DNA of 28,334 nt, taken from positions 1-28,334 of the forward strand of contig JAFYQN010000160.1 of assembly GCA_017559885.1 (NCBI GenBank). The letters run 5' to 3'. Origin of the DNA: Clostridia bacterium. Its GTDB lineage: Bacteria; Bacillota; Clostridia; Oscillospirales; Acutalibacteraceae. Of this stretch, positions 8,163 through 15,730 are shown piece by piece. The notes under the pieces are model-generated. The model was not told the origin of the DNA. It ran no database searches and worked only from the letters and a program-made list of their open reading frames with translations. Position 1 is the first letter of the stretch; every line of letters begins with the position of its first letter. The position numbers were made by a program, and so were the translations under genes.

Positions 8163-8966
8163 ATGTTAAAACCCGACGACATTGTCCCTTGTCCTAATCA
8201 ACCGCGAAAAACCTTTGATACATACGAACTGCAGTCGCTTGCCGACTCTATCGCCGCAAACGGAATAATACAACCGCTTACCGTTCGCAAATCAGACGGC
8301 GGTAAATATTTGCTTATTGCAGGCGAACGACGTTTACGCGCGGCAAAAATGGCAGGACTTAGACGTATACCCTGCGTGTTGCACCGAACAAACGATTTAA
8401 CGGCAGCGCTTTACAGCATTACCGAAAATATGCAACGCGCCGACCTTAACTGTTTTGAAGAGGCGCTTGCAATACAAACCCTTATTTCAGAATTTAGATT
8501 AACGCAAGCCGAGGTAGCAATACAACTTGGAATGGCAAACTCTACCGTAAGCAACAAATTGCGACTGCTTAAACTTTCTCCCGAGATAAGAGAACGACTG
8601 TTATTAGCAGGTCTTACCGAGCGTCACGCGCGAGCGCTTTTACGACTTGCTCCCGAGTCGCGCGAGAGCGCCCTTGATAAAATAATTGCCGACGGACTAA
8701 ATCTTACGCAAACCGAACAACTTATACAAAGCATATTAAATCCTACGGTTGAAGAACCCGACGACGTCCAACAGGTAAAACCCATTCGTAAAGCCGCTAT
8801 CGGCGATATAAAACTTTTTTCCAACAGTTTGTCAAAACTGCTTTGCACTATGCAAAATGCAGGTATTACGGCAAAATCAAAAAAGAGTGAAAACGATAAA
8901 TATATTGAATATAAGGTGCGTATTTTTAAAAATCCACCGCAGTATGACCAACTAAAAATTTGTTAA
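8163..8966 (+). CDS. noc: ParB/Noc family CTP-binding DNA-binding protein, Noc-like by position after rsmG; true start may be ATC at 8133
   Basis: PNQPRKTFD, GIIQPLTVR, LIAGERRLRAAK (ParB box), ENMQRADL, HTH QAEVAIQLG..NSTVSNKLRLL, LTERHARALL. Confidence 0.8.
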   Translation: MLKPDDIVPCPNQPRKTFDTYELQSLADSIAANGIIQPLTVRKSDGGKYLLIAGERRLRAAKMAGLRRIPCVLHRTNDLTAALYSITENMQRADLNCFEEALAIQTLISEFRLTQAEVAIQLGMANSTVSNKLRLLKLSPEIRERLLLAGLTERHARALLRLAPESRESALDKIIADGLNLTQTEQLIQSILNPTVEEPDDVQQVKPIRKAAIGDIKLFSNSLSKLLCTMQNAGITAKSKKSENDKYIEYKVRIFKNPPQYDQLKIC

Positions 8967-9058
8967 AATCTGCGACAGATACCTTCGTCCCCTTGGTATT
9001 TGTGCGGTTTTAAATATGCCTTGGCGGTTTCTGCACTTCCGCCAATGGCGCCCACCAT
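8963..9058 (-). CDS. Candidate 31-aa small protein (MVGAIGGSAETAKAYLKPHKYQGDEGICRRF)
   Basis: ATG at 9058 preceded by GGGGATGAAT; stop overlaps the noc stop in TTAA; no homology recognised. Confidence 0.25.
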   Translation of the reverse strand: MVGAIGGSAETAKAYLKPHKYQGDEGICRRF

Positions 9059-9070
9059 ATTCATCCCCAT

Positions 9071-9107
9071 ACACAAACAACCTCTCGTAAAGAGAGGTTG
9101 TTTGTGT
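9071..9107. terminator. Bidirectional terminator/hairpin between noc and the glycosyltransferase operon
   Basis: Perfect 16-bp stem ACACAAACAACCTCTC/GAGAGGTTGTTTGTGT with GTAAA loop, touching the DUF2304 stop codon. Confidence 0.8.
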
Positions 9108-9469
9108 TATATTTCATTATTTTCTAAAATTTCTACTTCTTTTGTTTCGTTGTCTATCGCATATTTTTGCGCAAATTTGGTTTGCTTGTCCTCAAGTTTT
9201 GCAACGCGGGCATCGAGCAAAAAGATTTTAATAATCAACAAAAAGATTATTGTAACAAATATAAAGTTTGATGGAGATTCAAATCCGATGAATTCGGAAA
9301 GCCAGAATATTGGGGTTGGAAAAATGCTCATAACAAGCAAGAAAAGACTAAAAAACAGCCAATATAACGTATCGCCGATTTTAAACTGTGATTTTTTAAT
9401 TTTTCTAAACACAAAAGCCACCGTCAACACGCAACCGACAATCATTGCAATTAGTAATCCTGTGTTCAT
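9107..9469 (-). CDS. DUF2304 family small membrane protein (GacJ-like partner of polyprenyl-phosphate glycosyltransferases)
   Basis: 120 aa, three hydrophobic segments, SIFP..IFWLSEFIGFESPSNFIF, C-terminal coiled coil VAKLEDKQTKFAQKYAI; directly after the GT2. Confidence 0.82.
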   Translation of the reverse strand: MNTGLLIAMIVGCVLTVAFVFRKIKKSQFKIGDTLYWLFFSLFLLVMSIFPTPIFWLSEFIGFESPSNFIFVTIIFLLIIKIFLLDARVAKLEDKQTKFAQKYAIDNETKEVEILENNEI

Positions 9470-9472
9470 TTT

Positions 9473-10156
9473 TTACCCCTTTCTGAACCATTGTAATATG
9501 AGTATGGAAACAAACATCCTCATCATATAATTGGTTGCGTTTGAAAAGTTAAGATAACTTTGCCCTGCTACACGGTCGTGCATTTCTACCTGAATTTCAC
9601 TATACGTTGCGCCACCGCGCACAAGCAACGCTACCGTATCGGGTTCGGGTCCCAAATCGGTGGCAAAGGCAAGTTTTTTAATCATTTTTTTATCAAACAT
9701 ACGCATTCCTGACGTTGGGTCTTTTATCGTTTTACCCGTTGTCAATTTTATTGAAAGTTGTATGAGATTGCTACCCAACATACGAAGAGATACAGGTTTC
9801 TTTTTGTCAACAAAACGAGAACCTATTACTATGTTGTATCCCTTTTCCATCTCGCATGCCATATTATAAACGTAATCGGGGTCGTGTTGTCCGTCGCCGT
9901 CAAACTGTATAGCGGCATCATAACCGTTGTTATGGGCAAAAATCATACCCGTTTGCACCGCCGCGGCAAGACCAAGGTTTACTGGGTGACTTACATAATG
10001 ATAACCCTTTGCTTTGCAAATTGCTTCGGTATTGTCGGTAGAACCGTCGTTTACAATAATATAATCGTACTGTGGACAGTCTTTTTTAACGGTGTCAATT
10101 ACCCGTTCAATATTATCTTGTTCGTTGTATGCCGGAATAATAAGAAGAACGTTCAT
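9473..10156 (-). CDS. GT2 family polyprenyl-phosphate glycosyltransferase (DPM1/GacI-like)
   Basis: IIPAYNE, VNDGSTD, NLGLAAAVQTG, QFDGDGQHD (DxD), GSRF, DPTSGMR; start ATG 10156 with SD AAGGAG. Confidence 0.9.
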   Translation of the reverse strand: MNVLLIIPAYNEQDNIERVIDTVKKDCPQYDYIIVNDGSTDNTEAICKAKGYHYVSHPVNLGLAAAVQTGMIFAHNNGYDAAIQFDGDGQHDPDYVYNMACEMEKGYNIVIGSRFVDKKKPVSLRMLGSNLIQLSIKLTTGKTIKDPTSGMRMFDKKMIKKLAFATDLGPEPDTVALLVRGGATYSEIQVEMHDRVAGQSYLNFSNATNYMMRMFVSILILQWFRKG

Positions 10157-10170
10157 CTTATGGCTCCTTT

Positions 10171-11331
10171 TTATTTCACTAAACTTTCCAATTTTTTTGC
10201 AGTTGTTTCCCAGGTAAAGTCCTGTATTAAGCGTTGATAACATTTTTGTGTTGCGGCAAGGCGATAATCCTTGTCGGAAATCGCTTTTTGTAACGCCTGC
10301 GCGATTTTAGGCACCGCGTTATCGTTGATTAAAATACCCATACTATCATCGGTAATGAGTTCCTTTGCGCCGCCGACAGTTGTAGTTACAACAAAGTTTT
10401 TAAGCGCTACCGCCTCAAGAATAGAGGTGGGCAAACCTTCGGGATATACCGTAGGTAAGCAAAATATATCCGCCTCGCAAAGCAACGCTACAATGTGATT
10501 AAAATCAATTTTGCCAAGCATAATTATTCTATCGTTTTGGTCGGATACGGTTTTGATTTTTTCGCTTTGCTCTCCCTCGCCCGCAATAATTAAATATGCG
10601 TTACTGTCGCCCAAACTGTGAAACGCTTTTGCCAATTCGTAAGAGCCCTTTTCTTTAACGAGGCGACCTGTGTAGGTTATAACCGTCGCGTCTTTTGGTA
10701 TATTATACTCTTTTCTATAAGAAATTGTGTTTTCTTTTTCTAACTGTTTTATGTTATCAATGTCTATTGCGTTATAAAGCATACCCTTTGATTTAATTCC
10801 AAAATGTCCGCTCCAATCACACGCCGCTTGCGATACGCCGTAATAATCTTTACAGTATTTTTTTAGCACCCTCGTAAGACAGTGTTCGTAAATTGCGCCA
10901 AAAAAGTCCAACACTTTATTGTTGACCGACAAATGACTTGAACCGTGTTCGATGGTTATTGACGGAATATTGTTTTTATACGCAAATTTTGCCGCGTATA
11001 CGCTATGAATATAAAATCTTGCGTTTATAACCGCGATATCAAAATGCTTTTGACTAAGTTTTTTATCAAGTTCTTTAAATTCTTGGTTTTTCTTTAAGAT
11101 GGGATATCTGCCCTTCATAACGTTATAACAGGGCATACGGAAAATTTCTACCCCTTCGTTTGAAACCTCGTATCCAGGCAAATCAAAAACGTTAGAAGTA
11201 ACTATGGTTACGTCGTGACCAAAAGATACAAGTTGTTTCGCAAGATTATTTACGTATCTTTCAACGCCACCAAGGTTTGGTAAATAGTTTGCGCAAAACA
11301 AACAAATTGATTTTTTCATTTTTTCCACCAT
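10171..11331 (-). CDS. GT4 family (GT-B fold) glycosyltransferase
   Basis: YLPNLGGVERY, YTGRLVKEKG, IIAGEG, EGLPTSILEA (EX7E). Confidence 0.92.
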   Translation of the reverse strand: MVEKMKKSICLFCANYLPNLGGVERYVNNLAKQLVSFGHDVTIVTSNVFDLPGYEVSNEGVEIFRMPCYNVMKGRYPILKKNQEFKELDKKLSQKHFDIAVINARFYIHSVYAAKFAYKNNIPSITIEHGSSHLSVNNKVLDFFGAIYEHCLTRVLKKYCKDYYGVSQAACDWSGHFGIKSKGMLYNAIDIDNIKQLEKENTISYRKEYNIPKDATVITYTGRLVKEKGSYELAKAFHSLGDSNAYLIIAGEGEQSEKIKTVSDQNDRIIMLGKIDFNHIVALLCEADIFCLPTVYPEGLPTSILEAVALKNFVVTTTVGGAKELITDDSMGILINDNAVPKIAQALQKAISDKDYRLAATQKCYQRLIQDFTWETTAKKLESLVK

Positions 11332-14300
11332 TTATAACATTATTGTTACGATTTTTGAATAGATTTCAAGCATTACTACCGCCGACATTATCGCAAATAT
11401 TACACAACTGTATGCCGCCTTGTTTTTAAATATATTAAATCTTTTACCTGTAACAAGTAGCAACAGCGGCGCTAAAAGCGGTGTTAGATATCGCGGTTGA
11501 CAACCGTTTATGGTCGTAGCATTAAGCGGTGTAAAGTTTATATATAGCGCTGTAGCTATTACCGATGCCATACCAACAAAAAGCAATACCGCTAACCCTC
11601 TGATATAAAGGGGCGTTTTAAATCCGTATCGCTTGTTTGTGTCGGTCAAAGCGGTGAAACCTAATACTATTGCGGCAATAAACCAGTATTTTCCAAGTCC
11701 CAAATATCCAAAGTGAGAAATATATTCCTGCATACTGCCGATTGATAGATAGTCTAATAAAAACTTAAACAACAACTTTGCATAACCAAACGGAGCCGAG
11801 CGTATGCCTGCTAATTGAGCCGAGGGGTTTACGTCGCCGCCTCTAATATCTCCGGGTCCGCCAATTTTTGTTAGGGTTGTTATAACAAAGTATGCAACCA
11901 ACACCGAGAAAATGGTTACCAAAACGGCGTAGTAAGTACGTCGGTCGCTCTTTCTTGGCCAATTTTTCCTCATAAACAAGGTCATACCCATAAGAATAAT
12001 GTATACAAGTTTTGGCCAAGCGCCTACGGTAAACGACAATGCCATTATGATTGTGTCGGTAATTGTTATGGGTTTTTCGGGTTGTTGTAACTCGCTTACA
12101 AAATACGCCGTACCAAGCATTGTAAATGCCGTAACGCACCAGTCGTACGAGTAATTGGTTGCCAAAAATAGATTTGTTGGGAATAGACATATTACCGCAA
12201 GTATCATTTTACCCGTTTTGAGTTTCTTTATGGCAAAATAGCATACAAAGGAATACACCAACAAATACGCAAGTCTTCCGACGTTATACTTGACTGCAAA
12301 ACTTGCACCAAAAAATCTTGCCACTGCGATAAAAATTCCCGCAGGAATATGCGCGATTGATATATACGACTGTTGTTGCGCAACCAACGTTTCGTCTGCC
12401 GAATTAAGATATTCCAAATCTTCGTTGTATTTTTCGAGCGAAAAATCTACCAAACTTGTGCTTTGGCCAAGATGTTTGTCAACATTGTAGTCCGCGCCCG
12501 TTATGTACGCCGTATCCATATACGATGCCTGCACCGCCCAAGGATAGTGTGAGTCCAAATCCCACGCGATGTGTTTTATGGGTGAGCATAACAACATTAC
12601 AACGCCCAAAGTAAGCGCTATTGGTAAAAATACGTTTTCGGTCTTTTCGCGTAAATATTTACGTCCGCGTATAAAGACAACTACAAGTTCTGCAATACCT
12701 GCAAAAAATACAAATCTATATTTGTTAAAATCTCCCGGCAAGATACGGCTTATTATCATTTCAACAAGCATACCGCCAAGAATTGCCACTGCCGAAAATA
12801 CTATAAATTCGGCAATTTTTATTTTGTTTCGGGCAATTGTTCTAACTACTGCTTGGGTTGCCCACGTGCGTTTGTCAATAGCTCTTACAATAAGCGCAAT
12901 TATTACAGGGATTGCTATCGCTTTAAAATAATCGCCTGCCGTTTTTTCGACCTCAAAGGGCACCGACTCGGGTTGCGTTTCGTAAAGACCTACGTTTTTA
13001 AAGTAGATATCGTTTGTGTCGATATCAATACGCAAAAAATCGTACGAACCTTTTGGTATGTCTATAATAACGCTTGTTTCATCCTTAAATATACTGCTTG
13101 AGTAACATCTTTCCGCGCTAAATTGTCCGTCTTTGTATGCGGTATAAACTTCGATTGCAACTTCACCAACAGGTTGCTGGATAGCCACCTCTACACACTC
13201 TATTTCCCTGCCTTCGCAAGAAAAGATTATTTGTGGGTCAACGTCTGTTATTGTATATTTTCCCGATGCCTCTACCCTGCAACTGCGAAACGATTCGATT
13301 TGTGAAATCGATAAATTCTCAACAGGGTAACCAACCGGTTTTAAAACATTGCCAACGTTTTTAGGCAAAAAGATTGATACGCACACCAACAGTGACAACG
13401 CAAACGAAAGAACTGTTGCCACTATGGTATATCTTTCTTTTTTGATAACTTCGTCCAACAGGTCTACTTGTGGTTTTTTTAACTGCAATAAAAACAGTGA
13501 GAACATAACCGCAAAAAGCACTGCCATTTCACAAAGGTATGATAGCGCCGCGCCTGTAAGTCCCCAACGCGAAACCATTGCATCGGGCGCAACAAGAGCA
13601 AAAAGCATTGTCACAACATAAGCAATAAGACATAATTTTTGCTTGCGCATTGTGGTAAATAAAGTTAATGTCAAGGTGCTTGCCGCGCTTAATCCGCCTG
13701 CAAATAAAAGCGTTATAAATATTGTCTTTTTATCTGAAAGTTCGGCTTTGTATAACATTTCAAGTACGGGTATGCCCAGAAAATACCCCGCAACCATTGC
13801 CGCGATTGTTAAAACGACTACCCAACCGTAAAGTTTTGATACAATCTTTTTAAACTCGTCTATACGGTTTTCTGCCCAACTTTTAGAAAGTTTTATAAGT
13901 TGCGGACGAAAAGCAAAAATGCTTAAAAGGTTTATTGCAAACACAGGCATTACAAGATATCCGTAATGCGCTTGGTCGGTTTTGGTTAGCGCGTTTTCAA
14001 TTGCGTATTTAGGCGAATTAAAAATAAACTGATGCATAAACGACGATGCAAAAAGCGGTAACGCGCACAACAAAATACCCTTTTGCTCGGAAAGTTTAAA
14101 CGACGGTTTAAACGACCCAAAATTGTTGCTTAGCGGTATATCGTGCAATAAAATCCAAACCAAAACAACTATCGGCATGGTAAGCGTCGCGATAAAAAGT
14201 TGCTTTGTTATAACAAGCGTTATCGAAAATACAATTGCCGTAATAGCCGTTTGACACGCAAGCGACCTACCCGCAATGCTTAAATAACCGTTTCTGTGAA

Positions 14301-14709
14301 GGTTGCCTTGGAACAAATCAGAAATTGCCGCAAGCATCATATAAACCGAAATAACAAGCATAACCTTTACGGTTTCCTTATCAAAACCTTTAAAGGTAGC
14401 AAACGCGCCAAAAAATGCCCACATTGCCGCTATGGTAATAACTCTAAACATCGAAATGCTTTCAAACGACATCTCGCGTTTTGCGTCGGTTACCTGAATG
14501 TTACGCATTTCAAAAACGCAAATGGTATACATCATTTGCGCGGTTGAATACGCAAGCGAAAAAACACCTGCCGCATCGCTTCCTACGATATGACTTACGA
14601 CAATCATCAACAACAACGACACAGTAGCATTGGTTAAGCTACCCAGCATATTAAATATAAAATTTTTCTTTTCTGAAGTTTGTGGTAATCTATAAGCAAA
14701 TTTTTTCAT
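11332..14709 (-). CDS. Fusion protein: Wzx-type flippase + extracytoplasmic beta-rich domain + DUF2142 (GT-C-like) membrane domain
   Basis: Residues about 1-410 form a 12-14 TM Wzx pattern (NFIFNMLGSL, GVFSLAYS, FIFNSPKYAI, WGLTGAALS); soluble segment at about 13360-12930; C-terminal multi-TM domain with WDLDSHY, NLFLATNYSYDW, GCQPRYLTP resembling DUF2142; start ATG 14709 with SD GAGGTG. Confidence 0.75.
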   Translation of the reverse strand: MKKFAYRLPQTSEKKNFIFNMLGSLTNATVSLLLMIVVSHIVGSDAAGVFSLAYSTAQMMYTICVFEMRNIQVTDAKREMSFESISMFRVITIAAMWAFFGAFATFKGFDKETVKVMLVISVYMMLAAISDLFQGNLHRNGYLSIAGRSLACQTAITAIVFSITLVITKQLFIATLTMPIVVLVWILLHDIPLSNNFGSFKPSFKLSEQKGILLCALPLFASSFMHQFIFNSPKYAIENALTKTDQAHYGYLVMPVFAINLLSIFAFRPQLIKLSKSWAENRIDEFKKIVSKLYGWVVVLTIAAMVAGYFLGIPVLEMLYKAELSDKKTIFITLLFAGGLSAASTLTLTLFTTMRKQKLCLIAYVVTMLFALVAPDAMVSRWGLTGAALSYLCEMAVLFAVMFSLFLLQLKKPQVDLLDEVIKKERYTIVATVLSFALSLLVCVSIFLPKNVGNVLKPVGYPVENLSISQIESFRSCRVEASGKYTITDVDPQIIFSCEGREIECVEVAIQQPVGEVAIEVYTAYKDGQFSAERCYSSSIFKDETSVIIDIPKGSYDFLRIDIDTNDIYFKNVGLYETQPESVPFEVEKTAGDYFKAIAIPVIIALIVRAIDKRTWATQAVVRTIARNKIKIAEFIVFSAVAILGGMLVEMIISRILPGDFNKYRFVFFAGIAELVVVFIRGRKYLREKTENVFLPIALTLGVVMLLCSPIKHIAWDLDSHYPWAVQASYMDTAYITGADYNVDKHLGQSTSLVDFSLEKYNEDLEYLNSADETLVAQQQSYISIAHIPAGIFIAVARFFGASFAVKYNVGRLAYLLVYSFVCYFAIKKLKTGKMILAVICLFPTNLFLATNYSYDWCVTAFTMLGTAYFVSELQQPEKPITITDTIIMALSFTVGAWPKLVYIILMGMTLFMRKNWPRKSDRRTYYAVLVTIFSVLVAYFVITTLTKIGGPGDIRGGDVNPSAQLAGIRSAPFGYAKLLFKFLLDYLSIGSMQEYISHFGYLGLGKYWFIAAIVLGFTALTDTNKRYGFKTPLYIRGLAVLLFVGMASVIATALYINFTPLNATTINGCQPRYLTPLLAPLLLLVTGKRFNIFKNKAAYSCVIFAIMSAVVMLEIYSKIVTIML

Positions 14710-14745
14710 ACGCACCTCTTCTAACCGCACGCTATAATTCATTTT

Positions 14746-14774
14746 ATTATACCACATATAATTGCTTTTTTCAA
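14746..14774 (-). promoter_or_regulatory. Sigma-A-type promoter for the flippase/GT-C-GT4-GT2-DUF2304 operon
   Basis: Minus strand TTGAAA (14774-14769), 17 bp, TATAAT (14751-14746), with extended -10 TG. Confidence 0.82.
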
Positions 14775-14798
14775 TAATTAATCACAGCTTTACCTTTG

Positions 14799-14827
14799 TT
14801 GACAAAACAATCAATATTAGTTATAAT
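14799..14827 (+). promoter_or_regulatory. Perfect-consensus sigma-A promoter for the licD-cytidylyltransferase/PLP enzyme-opine dehydrogenase operon
   Basis: TTGACA (14799-14804), 17 bp, TATAAT (14822-14827). Confidence 0.88.
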
Positions 14828-14860
14828 TATTATGTATGAACTTTATTGGAGATGATTGTT

Positions 14861-15718
14861 TTGTCAGGTCAATACGAGCCCGAAGTTTTAAAAAAATTAC
14901 AACTTTGCGAACTTGAAATTTTAAAAGATTTTATAACCGTTTGCAAAGAAAACAATCTTACCTATTTTGGTTTTGGCGGTACCGGTATCGGCGCTTTGCG
15001 ACACGGCGGTTTTATACCGTGGGATGACGACATTGACCTTGCTGTTCCGCGTGACGACTATAACACCGCTATGGAAATATTCCGTCGCGATTTTGCCGAC
15101 AAATACACCGTTGTTAACGCGCAAAATTATAATGATTTTCCCGTTATGAACACCCACATTATAATCAACGACTCAAAGTTTGTTACAAAAGAAGAACTTG
15201 GCGCAAAATATCCAAAAGGTATTTTTCTTGATATATTCCCCGTCGACAACGTGCCCGACGACCCAAAGGAGCGCGACAAACATCTTAAAAAGACGTGGAT
15301 TTTAAGCAAAATATTTATTATGAAACATATCCCGTTTCCACACGTGCCTTTTAAAGGTGCAACCGCAAAACTTGCCCACTGTGTAACGGCGATGATTTGG
15401 TTGTTTTTAAACGTTTTTTGCGTTTCGCATAAATTTTTATACAAACTTTGCTTTAACCAATGCGTCAAATACAACAACACCGACACCAACTACTACGCGT
15501 ATTGTTGCGGTTCAAAGTTGTGCGGCAACGTTTTTGATAAAAAGCAACTTTACCCGTTAAAAGATATTGATTTCGAAAATATTCCAATCTCTTTTCCAAA
15601 TAATTTAGATGACATCTTAACTGCAGAATACGGCAATTTTATGCAGATACCCCCTCCCGAAAAGCAAAAAAATCACCGTCCCGAAATTTTAGTTTTTCCA
15701 AATGAACAAAACAAATAA
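14861..15718 (+). CDS. LicD family phosphotransferase (CDP-alcohol-phosphate to glycan)
   Basis: LQLCELEIL, GTGIGALRHGGFIPWDDDIDL, IFLDIFPVD, LTAEYGNFMQIPP; likely start TTG 14861 after SD GGAGATGAT (ORF track starts at 14846). Confidence 0.92.
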   Translation: MSGQYEPEVLKKLQLCELEILKDFITVCKENNLTYFGFGGTGIGALRHGGFIPWDDDIDLAVPRDDYNTAMEIFRRDFADKYTVVNAQNYNDFPVMNTHIIINDSKFVTKEELGAKYPKGIFLDIFPVDNVPDDPKERDKHLKKTWILSKIFIMKHIPFPHVPFKGATAKLAHCVTAMIWLFLNVFCVSHKFLYKLCFNQCVKYNNTDTNYYAYCCGSKLCGNVFDKKQLYPLKDIDFENIPISFPNNLDDILTAEYGNFMQIPPPEKQKNHRPEILVFPNEQNK

Positions 15719-15730
15719 AGGAGCGTCAAT

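Noticed and set aside
9000-9530. 176-aa plus-strand ORF over the DUF2304 gene
   Set aside because: Antisense shadow running through a strong terminator; no support
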